DNA of 64,000 nt from the NCBI RefSeq assembly GCF_009914755.1, contig NC_060931.1, one strand, 5' to 3'. Position numbers and translations under genes: made by a program. Below, in pieces: positions 40,701 to 54,513 of the stretch; position 1 is the stretch's first letter; every line of letters starts with the position of its first letter. The DNA comes from the human T2T-CHM13v2.0 reference genome, Homo sapiens. The notes below the pieces were generated by a model. The model did not search any database, had not been told where the DNA came from, and saw nothing but the letters and a program-made list of their open reading frames with translations.

Positions 40701-41564
40701 TGCTGACTACTGCCTAGCTACTGCTGATGTTTATGCAAGGCCCAAGGGCTCTTTAGCCAGCAGGTTGTGGTGAATCCTGCCAGGACTGAGTCCTTCCTTT
40801 CAGGACAGCAGATTCCTTTCTGGCCCAGGGAGCTAGGGCCTGGAACAGGGGCTTCAGGACTCTGCTTGGTGCTTTATTTTACTGTGGCTAAGTTGATATT
40901 CAAGCTACAAAACAAAGTCTTCTTTGTTCTTCCCTCAAGTGGAAGAAGTCTCAGAGCTGTGTGCTGTGATGCCTGGAGTTGGGGGAAGGGTGATGAAAGC
41001 AATCTCTTGGCCCTGACATCTCAGCTGGTGTCTCACTAGGTCACATGCACTCCAAGTCCACTGGAGTGCCCAGGAATTGCACTTCTTGTGACCTAGACTA
41101 TCTTTCTTTCAAATTTATTTAGGACCCTGAGCACTTTAACCTGCAGTGGTGAAGCTAACTGAAGCTCAGGTTCAGGCCACTAAGATGAGCGATTCTCCTC
41201 TGGAATGCTCCCTCCATGGGCAAAAGCTGGATTCTGCCTGGTGTTGCTCTCCATTGTTACAGGGAAGCACTGATTTCCAATGCAAAGCCCCACAATTACT
41301 CACTTTTCCTCCTGCAAGCACACAAATTATCTCTCCATGCTCCACATGGTGCTGTGGAATGATGGGAAAGGTGTGTTTCAAGACTGTCTTTCTTACCCTC
41401 TTCCATTCCCCTTTCCTTGATCTGATGTTAAAACCACATACTGTGATTGCTCACCTGAATTTTGCTTCTTAAGAAGGTGATTTCTTGTGTGGATAATTGT
41501 TCAATTTGATATTCCTTTGGCAGGATGATAAATTGAGGGCTTTATTTAGTCATCTTGCTCCTCC

Positions 41565-43677
41565 CTCTCTCATTCTTGATTGAATGTACCCATGCTATGG
41601 GATGCTTCCAAAGTGTTAAGATATACAATGCCCTCAACTGTGAACTGGGATCAGAAAACAATTGACTTTTATTTTTCACTCATCTATAACTAAATCTGTC
41701 ATTTCCATCTATTATAAATATAGACAAAAAAGGAGAATTGTATTAGAGAAACCAGTGTCTCTGTCACCAGTAGGAATCACAGATCATTTAACATTACACT
41801 GCAACTGTGGCAAATTCTCAGAATACCATTTATGCAAATCATGACTTCAATATTACAGTGACCATTAAACCTGTCACTAGATACTGTATTTACTATACTA
41901 ATAAAGAAACACATATATTAATATTAAAATAAAGATATACAGTGCCCTAAAAAGGCTGTCTTTGGAAATGGAGAAACCTCCAGCTGTAGGGGATTTGAGA
42001 GATCCCTTTGGGTACCAGTTCTGGTTAAGAAAGGAGGATGGACTGAGAATCTCAGAGCCAGGGCATTTCAATACTTTCTACTCAGGCTGCCTCTCTGGGT
42101 TCTGTTCCTTCCCTGCAAAATAATGTATATGGATTTGATAGAGCCTTTTTTTAGGTCAGTTCTCCTCACATTCAACACTGATCCCAGAAAAGTTTTGAAA
42201 ATGAAGTTAAGAATGATTAAATAGCTATCTACAAAAGAAGGGTTATTCCACGACTATTCTCAGAAAATCATGTATAGTTAGACCATCATTGAAAATATTG
42301 AATTACTTGAACAAATATGTGCAAGGCATTATTCTGGGCATTGGGAAATAACAATAAACAATATAGTTAGGGCCATGTGGAATATATTGTTAGAAAAGTG
42401 TTAGCTAAATCAGCAACTGCTAATTCTCAAACCTGTTTACCCTCCCTGTTTACACTGATCAAGACTATAAAATGCCAGGTGGGGGTGCCTTGTTTGATTT
42501 TAAAGTATAGTGACTAAGTCCACTAAGATATTGGAGGCAGAATATCTCAGCAGAAGGCGGACAAGGAACCCATGCCAAGTAATAGGGCAATAAAAACATC
42601 TGGTGGAAAGTCATATGCAAAGAATTCAAATAGAACAATGTGATAGTGCTTGAGCAGTTTCCTAACACTGTGGCAGTCAAAGCAGCCTTCCCCAAGTAGG
42701 TGCCATTAATACTGAGAATGGAATGACCAGGGACTGCCCCACATGTGGAAGTGAGAAAAGCACTCCAGGCAGAGAAACCCACAGGTGGAAAGATCACAAT
42801 GCACAAAGAGCTGGGTGGGCTCCAGGAGCAAAATAAAATCCAAGGGATGGAGCGTGGCATGGTAGGAATTATGGTCAAGCATATAAAAGGAGGATGTCGT
42901 AGGCCAGCATAAATCTCTCTCTGTATTCATTAGAGATCCCTTCTAGTGGCTAATCTCAACTCTCTTGCTGCACTTAAAATCATTTATCATTTTGTTAGAT
43001 GTAGAGAGCACTCTTATAGGGCAGGGTATGCATTTATAAATATTTGAAGACTAATATCCACAGCTTTCAACCATCCAAGACTTTTGTGTGCCAACTATGA
43101 TTTCATTATTTGAGACTATATCTAGACTAGAAAATAAATGCCAGATAATAATTTTTTTTTTAACATGCTTGTTTTCTTGGTCCTATGGATGCTCAGAAAT
43201 GCTGCCTTGGATCACCTTCCTCTGGGGGAGGAGTGAGAGAGACAGAATGTCCTTTGTGGGCCTTCATCTCTCATCTGCAAAGTGGAAGACAGGGATGGGA
43301 TAACCTATCTGGACACTTCTCATTTGAAATCTCATGTCTCAATGGAAGAAAGGTCTATTGTACCATTGCTGGGAAATCTCCGTTTTGTGGTTTCTCCTCA
43401 GGCTACCTCTCTGGGTTCTGTTTCTTCCCTGTAAAATACTTTAGCAACAGAACCCAGAGAGTCAGCCTGAGTGGAAAGCACTGAAATGCCCTGGCTCTGA
43501 GATTCTCAGTTTATCCTCCTTTCTTAACCAGCTCTGCCACCCAACGTGACCATCTCAAATCCACTACAGCTGGAGGGTTCTCCAAATTCCAAAGATGGCC
43601 TTTTTAGGGCACTGTGTATCTTAACACTTTGGAAGCATCCCAGAGCATGGATACATTCAATCAAGAGTGAGACAGAG
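41565..43677. repeat. Inverted duplication: left arm 41565-42106 (split by a 297 bp insertion), right arm 43446-43677; also 48 bp direct repeats at 42075-42122 and 43391-43438
   Basis: The right arm is the reverse complement of 41565-41634 joined to 41949-42106. Confidence 0.92.
41635..41931 (+). mobile_element. Charlie2-like DNA-transposon internal fragment flanked by 17 bp TSD
   Basis: tgtcaccagtaggaatcacagat...ctaataaagaaacacatatatta resembles Charlie2. TSD aagatataca(a/g)tgccct at 41618-41634 and 41932-41948. Confidence 0.7.
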
Positions 43678-44369
43678 TGAGACATGCACATACGCAGAGA
43701 AGGAAAGATGAATAAAGAGAGATACTTTATGAATGTAGGTGCCTAGTGTGAAGAGCCTACACACTACTCCTAGTTTCTAGGTTGGCTAAGACTCTGGGAT
43801 TTTTTAGATCAAACAGGGCACCAAGCCTGGCATCTCAAGTTTTTGGCTAATGACTTTTGAGTGTAAACAGGTTTGGAAATTGGCAGTTGCAGATTTTGTT
43901 ACCACTTTCCTAAAAATACTTCAGAGTGGCAATTTAAGGACTCTAGAGAAGAAAAGTGACCTCCACCCATTCTTTCAGGAGCAGAGATTGCCCAGCAATG
44001 GCCATTTCAAATGGCACTTCCATGGAAAAGGAGAAGTGAGCAAGTTGGTGACATCTCCAGCAGCATTTGCTTTGGACTTGCCTCAGCCGAGGACAGATTG
44101 ACTTTGTCTTCTGAAAATGAAATTAGGCTAATCATTTATGTTAATGTTTTAATTTAACAGTTTAGAGGGGGAAAATAATTATGTTTAAAGAATTTTAATT
44201 CTCTAGGATTTAAAAATAAACTTCTACTTAAAGGTTAAGTTCCAACTCAAAAATAAGATTCCAGATAGCAAAAAGAAGGTGGAAAATGAAGCCATAGATA
44301 GTTAATGTGTCTGCCAGAGACTATCTCAAATTCCTTGCCATGTGTACATCATGGGGCAGTGGAAATAAA

Positions 44370-44500
44370 GACTTGGAACACAAACCCTGGTTTTCATCTT
44401 TATCTTCTCCCTAAGTAGCCCTGTGGCCTTGTGGTAAATTCCTAAACTCCGAATTGGGGTGGCTTCATCTCTTAAATAAGAGAATTATATTATTCTGGAG
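44370..44500 (+). mobile_element. MIR fragment
   Basis: ctaagtagccctgtggccttgtggtaaattcctaaactcc...cttcatctcttaaataagag. Confidence 0.5.
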
Positions 44501-46058
44501 TAAATTATTTCTGAGCTCTCGTATTAAGGAATTGTTAGTTTTCTTTAAAATCTTGGCACTACCCAAGAAAAAAGTGCTGAATTCTGAGTATAGTAAGAAA
44601 ATATATGAAACACCTGCATTCTTCTAGCTGTGTTGCAAATGCAATATGTACAGATTTTAGTACTTTGAAATCGTAATATCATCAATGTGAACAATTAAAG
44701 TTTGTGTTGGTCATAGTTCCAAATTGTAGCTGATTTTTATTTTTATACTCCACTCTTGGTCACATCTAACTTATTTCTTAGTTTGTCCTTTGTTAGACAA
44801 GCAATCCCTAAATATAGCACGGTTTCTATGGGAACATACATTCTCCTGAAGATTCCAGGAACACGTTTTATCTGAAAAATAAGGAACTGTCAGATAATAC
44901 GTCCAAATTCAGGACTATAACCCAGGTTTTATATTTTTGAATTAATTTCATTTAAGTAGAGTTGTTTAAAATTAGTTGAAAAATTGGTTTCATGTGAAAT
45001 TTTCCAGCTGAGTTGAATTGGTACATATTTGATTTTGATAATAAGAATTAAAATCTTATCTTTTATTGAGAGCTTTTTTTGAAATAATTAAGCATATGGC
45101 TCCATAACATTTGGATTCTGTTGTTTTACATCTCTGTGGCCACAAGCACTGTTGGATGATTGTGGAGCAGATGGCACAGGTGGGGACAATACTTACTCTT
45201 TTCCAAAGCAAATGAGAACTTTATCAGTTGTTACCTAAACGTAGGCCATAACGCACTTGCATTATGCATTTTTGTCCTTTTGAATTCCTGTAGCTGAGCA
45301 ATAATATGATTTGGTGCTGAGTTTGCCTGTAACTGCTAGTTCCTTCCATCTTTAGGGTGTAGTCACCCAATACTTCCTCAAAAGTATGCCTTGATGTCTT
45401 AGCACAGCTACAGATGACTGTGAAGTTAGGGCAGAAAGTGAGAAGGTTGACATATGAAAATTAAAAACTTTTGAGGAAAACAACCCTCATTGTTGAAGTT
45501 ACATCACCAGAGGATTGGACTTCAAAGAAAACCATATGTCCAAATGGCAGTTGATGAGAGAAGGGACCTTTGAAAATGGAAAATTATAGTTATAAATATT
45601 GGACGCTTACTGCTGAGAATACAAAAGTCTCACAGGAAGTCATGCCACAGGTCGTTTTCATTCTGAATGTGAAACATTTGGGGCAATACATAAAAGTACA
45701 ATGAGAAACAGCATTGAAAAATACCTTTTAAGTGTTTCATTTTAATAAGAAATATTTCTGAAAATAAGACATTGAGAGTGAAAATGAAGCATTTACTTAT
45801 GAGAATATTCTCGAATGTGTTTCACCACTAACTGTAGAGATAAACATTCCTTTGTGGCTGGGATGGCTCATCTGGGCTCTTCATTTTCACTGTTCCTCCT
45901 TGTGAGCCTTCAGTCTAAAGCTATTCTCTCGCTTCCTCATTTTTCACATGGTTTTAAAGACTGTTGAGGTTAGCGAAGTCTTGGTTCCAGTAAACTGCTC
46001 TCATTGCCTGCCCTGATCATGATTAGCAAATGACTATGGTAAATTATATCCTTATAAA

Positions 46059-49000
46059 AGATAATATTAGGAGTAATATTCCCCTGAAATACTATGAAAA
46101 ATATCACACGGTGTACATCCACTGTGATATTAGGAGTAAATTCCCCCTAGGATATTATGAATAATATCACAGGGTATAATATCACACCCACTGTGATATT
46201 AGGAGCAATATCCCCATAAGATATTCCAAATAATGTCACAGGATGTACACAACAGGTGTACATCCACTATGATATTAGGAGTAATATCCCCATAAGATAT
46301 TACAAATAATGTCACATGGTGTACAAACCGAGTGTACACCCACTGGAATATTAGGAGTAATATTCCCCTAATATATTACGAATAATGACACAGGGTGTAC
46401 AACATTGGTGATATTAGGAGTAATATCTCACTAAGATATTACAAATAATATCACAAGGTGTACACCCACTGTGATATTAGGAGTAATAAGCAACTAATAC
46501 ATTACAAATAATATCACAGGGCATACACACAAGTTGTACACAAACTGTATTATTAGGAATAATATCCCCCTAAGATATTATGAATAATAACACAGGGTGT
46601 ACACCCACTTTAATATTAGGAGTAACATCCTTCTAAGATATTATGAATGATTTCACAGGGTGTGCACCCACTGTGATATTAGGAGTAATATCTCCCTAAG
46701 ATATTATGAATAATATTACAGGGTGTACACACCGTGAGGTATTCGTAGTAATGTCCCCCTAAGATATTACGAATAATATGACAGGGTGTACATCCACTGT
46801 GATATTAGGAAGAACATTCCCCAAAGATATTAAGAATAATATAACAGGGTGTACCTCCACTGTGATATTATAAAAAATATCTTCCTAAGATATTATGAAT
46901 AATATCACCAGATATACACGCTGGTGTACATTTACTGTGATATTAGGAGTAATAGCCTTCTAAGATATTATGAATAATACCAACGGGTGTACACACCAGG
47001 TGTACACCCACTGTGATATTAGGAGTAATGTCCCTTAAGATATTAGGAATAATATCAAAAGGTATACACACACTGTGATATTAGGAGGAATATCCCCCTA
47101 AGATATTACAAATAATATCACCTGGTGTAAACCCACTGTAATATTAGGAGGAATACCCTTCTAAGATATTACGAATAACATCACCAGGTGTACACCAACT
47201 GTGATATTAGGAGGAATATACTCCCAAAATATTAGAAATAATATCCCAGGGTGTACACCCGCTGTGATACCAGGAATATCCCCCTAAGGTATTACGAATA
47301 ACATCACTGAGTGTACAGCCACTGTGATATTAGAAGGAATATCCCCCGAAGATATTATGAATAATATCACAGGATGTATACCCACTGTGATATTAGGAAG
47401 AATATCCTCCAAAGATATTAGGAATAATATCATAGAGTGTACACCCTCTGTGATGTTAGGAAAAATATCCCCCTAAGATATTACAAATAATATCACAGGG
47501 TGTACACCCATTGTGATATTAGGAGGAATATTTTCCTAAGATATTATGAATAATATTACAGGGTGTAAACCCATTGTGATATTAGGAGGAATATCTCCCT
47601 AAGATATTAAGAATAATATCACAGGCTGTATAGTCGTTGTGATATTAGGAGGAATATTCCTGTAAGATATTATGAGTAATATCACAAGGTGTACACACAT
47701 TGTGATATTAGGAAAATATTCCCCTAAGATAATAAGAATAATATCACAGAGTGTACACCCACTGTTATATTAGAAGGAATATCCTCCTAAGATATTACAA
47801 ATAATACACAGAGTGTACACTCACTGTGATATTAGGAGGAATATCCTTCTAACATATTATGAATAATATCACAGGGTGTACACCCACTCTAATATTAGGA
47901 GGAATATCCTCCTATGATATTACGAATAATATCACAGTGTGTACAACCGCTGTGATATTAGTAGAAATATCCCTTTCAGGTATTACTTATAATTTCACAG
48001 ATTGTACACACACTGTGATATTAGAAGAAATATCTCCCAAAATATTACAAATAATACTGCAGCATGTACACCGCAGGTGTACACACACTGTGATATTAGG
48101 AGTAATTTCCCCCTAAGATATTAGAAATAATATCACTGGGTGTACACCCACTGTGATATTAGGTGTATTATCCATCTGAGATATTATGAATAATATCACT
48201 GGCTGTACACCCAGTATGATATTAGGAGTAATATCCTTCTGAGATATTAAGAATAATATCACCGTGTGTATACACGCTTCTATATTAAAAGTAAAATCCC
48301 CCTGATATATTACAAATACTATCACTGGGTGTACACCCACTGTGATATTAGGAGCACTATCCTCCTGATATTATAAATTACTTTTAATACCACTGTACAC
48401 CCACTGTGGTATTAGGAGTAATATCCCTGTAAGATATTACGAATAATATGAGCAGGTGTACATTCACTGCGATATCAGGAGAAATAGCCTCCTGATATAC
48501 TACGAATAATATCACCAGGTATACATCCACTGTGATATTAGGAAAAATATCCCCCTAAGATAATACGAATAGTATCACAGGGTGTACACCCACAGTGATA
48601 TTAGGAGGAATATCCCCCTAAGATATTACGAATAATATCACAGGGTGTATGTACATTCACAGTGATATTAGGAGGAATATCTTCCTAAGATATTCCGAAT
48701 AATATCTCAGGGGGTACGCTCACTGTAATATTAGGAGAAATATTCCCTGAAGATGTTATGAATAATAACACAAGGTTTACACCCACTGTGGTATTATAAG
48801 GAATATCCATCTAAGATATTACAAATAATATCACCAGGTGTAAACACCAGGTGTACACCCACTGTGATATAACCGGGGGTACACCCACTGTGATGTTAAG
48901 AGTAATATCCCCTGAGATATTACTCCTAATATCACCGGGAGTATACACCCACTTTGATATTAGAAGTAATATTTTTCAAATATATTACTCCTAATATCAC

Positions 49001-51946
49001 TGGGTGTACGCATCGGGTGAATATTCACTGTGATATTAGGAGTAATGCCACTCTAAGATATTGTGAATAATATCACTGGTTGTACACACTGGGTGGGTAC
49101 AAATATCTTTCTAAGATACTACTCCTAATATCAGGGTGTACCAGTTGTACACCCACTGTGATATTAAAAGTAATATTTCCCTAAGATATTATGAATATCA
49201 TCACTGAGTGTACACCCACTGTGATATTAGGATTAATAGCCCCCTAAGGCATTACAAATAATATCACCGGGTGTACACACTGGTCGTACACCTACTGAGA
49301 TATTAGGAGTAATATCCCCCTAAGATATTACAAATAATATCATAGGTTGTCCACACACTGTGATATTAGGAGGAATATTCCTCTAAGATATTTTGAAAAC
49401 CATCATTGGGTTCCCCCCTCCAATAATATTAGGAGGAATACCTCTCTAAGATATTACAAATAATATCACCAGGTGTACACCCACTGTGATATTAGGAGGA
49501 ATATTGCCCTAAGATATTACAAATAATATTGCATGGTGTACACTCACTGTGATATTGGGAAAAATATCCCACTAATACATTACGAATAATATCACAGGGT
49601 GTACACCCATTGTGATATTAAGAGGAATCCCCCCTAAGATATTACAAATAATATCACAGGGTTTACACCTATTGTGATATAAGAAATGCCTTCCTAAGAT
49701 ATTACTAATAATATCACAGGGTGTACACAGCGAATAATATCGCTGCGATATTAGGAGGAATATCCCCCTAAGATATTACAAATAATATCACAGGTTGTAC
49801 ACCCACTGTCATATTAGAAGAGATATCTCCCTAAGATATTATGAATATCACAGGATGTACACCCACTATGATATTAGGAAAAATATCCCCCTAAGACATT
49901 ATGAATAATATCAGTGTGTACACCCAATGTGATATTAGGGGGAATATCCCTGAAAGATATTATGAATAATTTCACAGGGTATATACCCACTGTGATATTA
50001 GGAGAAATATCCCCCTAAGATATTACAAATAATATCAAAGGGTGCACACCACTGTGATATTAGCAGGAATACCCCCCTAATATATTATAAATAATATTAC
50101 AGGATATACACCCACTGTGATACTAGAAGGAATATCCTCCTAATATAATATGAATAATAATACAGGGTGTACACCTATTGTAATGACAGGCAGAATATCC
50201 CCCTAAAGTATTACGTATAATATCACAGGGTGTACACCCACTGTGATATTAGGATAAATATCTCCCAAAGATATTACAAATAATACGACAGGGTGTATAC
50301 CCACTATGATATTAGGAGAAATTTCCCCGTAAGACATTATGAATAATATCACAGGGTGTACAGCCACTGTGATATGAGGAGGAATATCCCCCTAAGATAT
50401 TCCTTATAATATCACATGGTGTACACCCACTGTGATATTATAAAGAATATTATTTTAAGATATTATGAATAATATTACAGGGTGTACACTCACTGTGATA
50501 TCAGGAGGGGAATCCCTGAAGATATTACAGGGTGTACACCCACTGTGATGTTAGGAAGAATATCCCCATAAGATATTATGAATAATATCACCAGGTGTAT
50601 ATCCACTGTGATATTAGAAGTAATATCCCCCTGAGATATTACCAATAATATCACTGGTGTACACCCACAGTGAAATTAGGAGTAATATCCCCCTGAAATA
50701 TTGTGAATAATATCACGTGTGTACACCCACTGTGACATTAGGAGTAATATCCCCCTAAGGTATTATGAATAGTATCACCGGGTGTACACCCACTGTGATA
50801 TTAGGAGTAATATCCTCCTAAGATACTATGAATAATATCACCGGGTGTACACCCATGGTGATATTAGGAGTCATAGCCTTCTGAGATATGACTCCTGATA
50901 ACACTGTGTGTACATCCACTGTGATACCAAAAGTAATAGCCCCCTGAGATATTACTCCTAATATCACCAGGTGTATACCCACTGTGATATTAGCAGTAAT
51001 ATTCCTCTAAGATATTACAAATAATATCAGTGGGTGTATACCCACTGTGATATGAAGAGGAACATCCTCCTAAGATATTACGAAGAATATCAAATGGTGT
51101 AAACCCCGGGTGTACACCCACTGTGATATTGGGAGGAATATCCCCCTAAGATATTAGGAATAATGTGGACACACTGGGTGTACAACGACTGTGAGAGGAG
51201 GAAGAATATCCTTCTAAGATATTATGAATAATATCATAGGGTCTACACCCCGGGTGTACACGCACTGTGATGTTAGGATGAATATCCTTCTAAGATACTA
51301 TAAATAATATCACAGGGTGTACACAACGCATGTACACCCACTGTGATACTAGGATGACTACACCCCTAAGATATTACGAATAATATCACTAAGTGTACAC
51401 ACCTGGTGTACACCCACTATTATATTAGGTGGAATATCCCCCTAAGATATTATGAATAACATCACAGGGTGTCCACATACTGTGGTATTAGGAGTAATAT
51501 CCCCCTAAGAGATTATGAATAATATCACAGGGTCTACTCTCACTGTGATATTTCCAGTAATATTTCCCTGAGATATTGCAAATAATATCACAGGGTGTAC
51601 ACCCACTGTGATATTAGGAGTCAACCCCCCCAACATATTATGAATAATATCATAGTGTGTACATTCACTATGATATTAGCAGTAATATCCCCCTAAGGTA
51701 TTACAAATAATATGACAGGGTGTATACCCACTGTGATATTAGGAGTAATATCCCCCGAAGATATTATGAATAATATCACAGGGTGTACACCCAGAGTGAT
51801 ATTAGAAGTAATATCCCCCAAGTTATTATGAATAATATCACAGTGTGTACACAGCAGGTGTACACCCACTATGATATTAGGGGTAATATTCCCCTACGAT
51901 GATATTGCAAATAATATTACAGGTTATATACCCACTGTGCTATTAA
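46059..51946. repeat. SATR1/SATR2-like interstitial satellite array, ~63 bp unit, roughly 90 copies
   Basis: Consensus GATATTAGGAGTAATATCCCCCTAAGATATTACGAATAATATCACAGGGTGTACACCCACTGT repeated head-to-tail. Some units are ~75 bp because the TGTACAC core is duplicated. Copy number is estimated from length. Confidence 0.93.
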
Positions 51947-52369
51947 GCACATTGTAACAGGAAAAGAACAAGTAAATAGTTTGTATAGCCATTTGTTTCT
52001 GAGTATAATACAGATCCAAAAATGTCTTTACTTGGTTTTAATAAGCAAGTACCATCCCAGAAATTAAGGGTTTTTGAAAGATAATGTTACGAGTGGTTGT
52101 GCAGTCATAGGATAGGGTCTTGAGGGATATGAAAAGTGATTGTGTAACTTATCCCCTCCTTCTGAATTTGTCCTTATGAATTTAAATATTTGTAGGTTTC
52201 TGAGAGGCAATTTAAGCAGAATGGGCTTTTGCACGTTGTGTTTGTGAAATATCTTTATGTCCATTATAGAAGGACACATGACGTTGACACTTCAATAACC
52301 TATAATATGTCAGAGAGTCTGTTAGGTTCTTTGCAGATGTGATCTAACTTCCTACCTACAAAAATCTTA

Positions 52370-52470
52370 CAAAATAGGCATTATCATTCTCATTTTTATA
52401 GCTGAAGAAACAGCTACAGAGTTAAATATCTGTCTCATGATTCACCAGGTAGTAAGGTGTGGCACTACCT
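52370..52470 (-). mobile_element. MIR fragment
   Basis: taggcattatcattctcatttttatagctgaagaaacagctacagagttaaat. Confidence 0.6.
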
Positions 52471-53097
52471 GTCTGTTTCCAAACATCACACTGCCTTAGG
52501 AGATATGTTCATATAAACCATGGAAGTGATAAATAATTTAGGTTTTTCATTCTCTTGAAATTATTTTAAAAGATCCTGTATGCTTAGACTTAAGGATGAC
52601 CAATATTTTAAAACTAAATCAGTATCATATTTATTGCTTGTTAAGTCATATAAACCTACTCTATTTTACCCCAAAGCTTATAAGCATTACATTTTATATA
52701 TATATATACTTCTAAAAATGCATATTTTAACACATAAAACTTAGATCACTATGTCAGTTGTAATTATGTTTTTAAGTTGCCATAAAATCTTATTGAGGGT
52801 AGTAAATATGCCAAGTCCCATATAATCTATCACAAACAAAAAGATTAGTTATTCTAGGAAGATTCTGTAGTAGCAGAGGAAAAGCTCTAAGATATTTAGA
52901 CTTTCACTGTGGAATAACTTTTCACTCTGATAGAATCAAACTCCAATCTGGCCAGGTAGGCAGGAGATACATGAAGAAAATGACACAGGTCTTCCCAGAG
53001 AGAATATTTTGAGCTGTTGGTGCCTGGGTTTCTCATACTGTCAGAAAAAAGTCTGGAAAAGTTATTGTTTGTTTTTAAACAGTTAGATATTTACTAA

Positions 53098-53551
<454 letters not shown>

Positions 53552-53574
53552 AATTTACTTAATTTTTGAATAGC

Positions 53575-53690
53575 CCTTTAAGTCAGGCAGTACAACCTTT
53601 CTCGCTTCACAGCTGAAGCTCTGAGAAGCCAAGTAACTCACGGCAGGCCCACAGTAACTAAATGACAGAGTTGGCACTTATTTGCAGGGT
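53575..53690 (-). mobile_element. MIR fragment
   Basis: cttcacagctgaagctctgagaagccaagtaactcacggcaggcccacagtaactaaatgacagag. Confidence 0.5.
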
Positions 53691-54513
53691 GGCAGATCGA
53701 CAATGCTCTGTCCTTCTGCTGCGTGATCACTGCCCCTTAAACTCTCACTTAAATAAAAACTAAAAAGAACTATCTTCAATCCCCAACATTTCACCAAAAT
53801 GTAACACATCAGTGCAAGAAGAGATTCAGGTCTAAAAAGAAAGGACTGTAGGAAATATATATATTATATGCTACTTTCTGCTCAATAGATCCCACAGAAA
53901 ATATTCTAAAATGTTGTCTGATATACTGTCTTACAATAAATACACATGATTAGTGTCTTTTTCTCTACGTTTTCCCCAGTTGGATCGCATGACAATAGGA
54001 GAACGACCTTTATATATCTGACCTAAGTGTGGACTGGATGTATACTGATCCTGCATTTACTTAAAATTTTGTTATTTTTTTCATGATATTTTGCATTAAT
54101 TTTTATTTTAAAAATGTTGCTTCAAAATATTATTTATTTTGTTTCCTGTGTTTTTTGGCCCTTCCCTAAATTTTACCCCTGAAGCTAATATGTCTCATAC
54201 TAGCCCTGACCCTGATATGTGTGCTTAAACTTGTCTGTAGAATACCTAGGTGCACAGCTCTGAATTTTATATTCAAACAAACTTTTGTTGTTAATTTATT
54301 TCACCAACTTCTGTCTCTTAAATATGTTTGGTAATTGGGTGGAATCTCTGACAATTTTTTTTTGGTATATAGGTTTGGTTTTTAAATAATTATCTGGGGT
54401 TGCCAAATTCAATAATATTAATACACAGTTGTTTAGCTTCAATATGTTTATCATAATTTTGTAAAACTTTTCACTTAGGGGTTTGTCCAAGCTCTGCATG
54501 GCAAAACATGTAG

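Noticed and set aside
40400-40960. Two ~300 bp similar blocks
   Set aside because: They lie within the L1MA 5'UTR, which has internally repeated subunits. Not a locus-specific duplication.
46059-51946. CRISPR-like appearance (palindromic repeats at ~63 bp period)
   Set aside because: The whole unit is repeated, with no unique spacers, no cas genes and a primate context. It is a satellite. The ORFs at 47859-48116 and 48113-48340 are repeat read-through.
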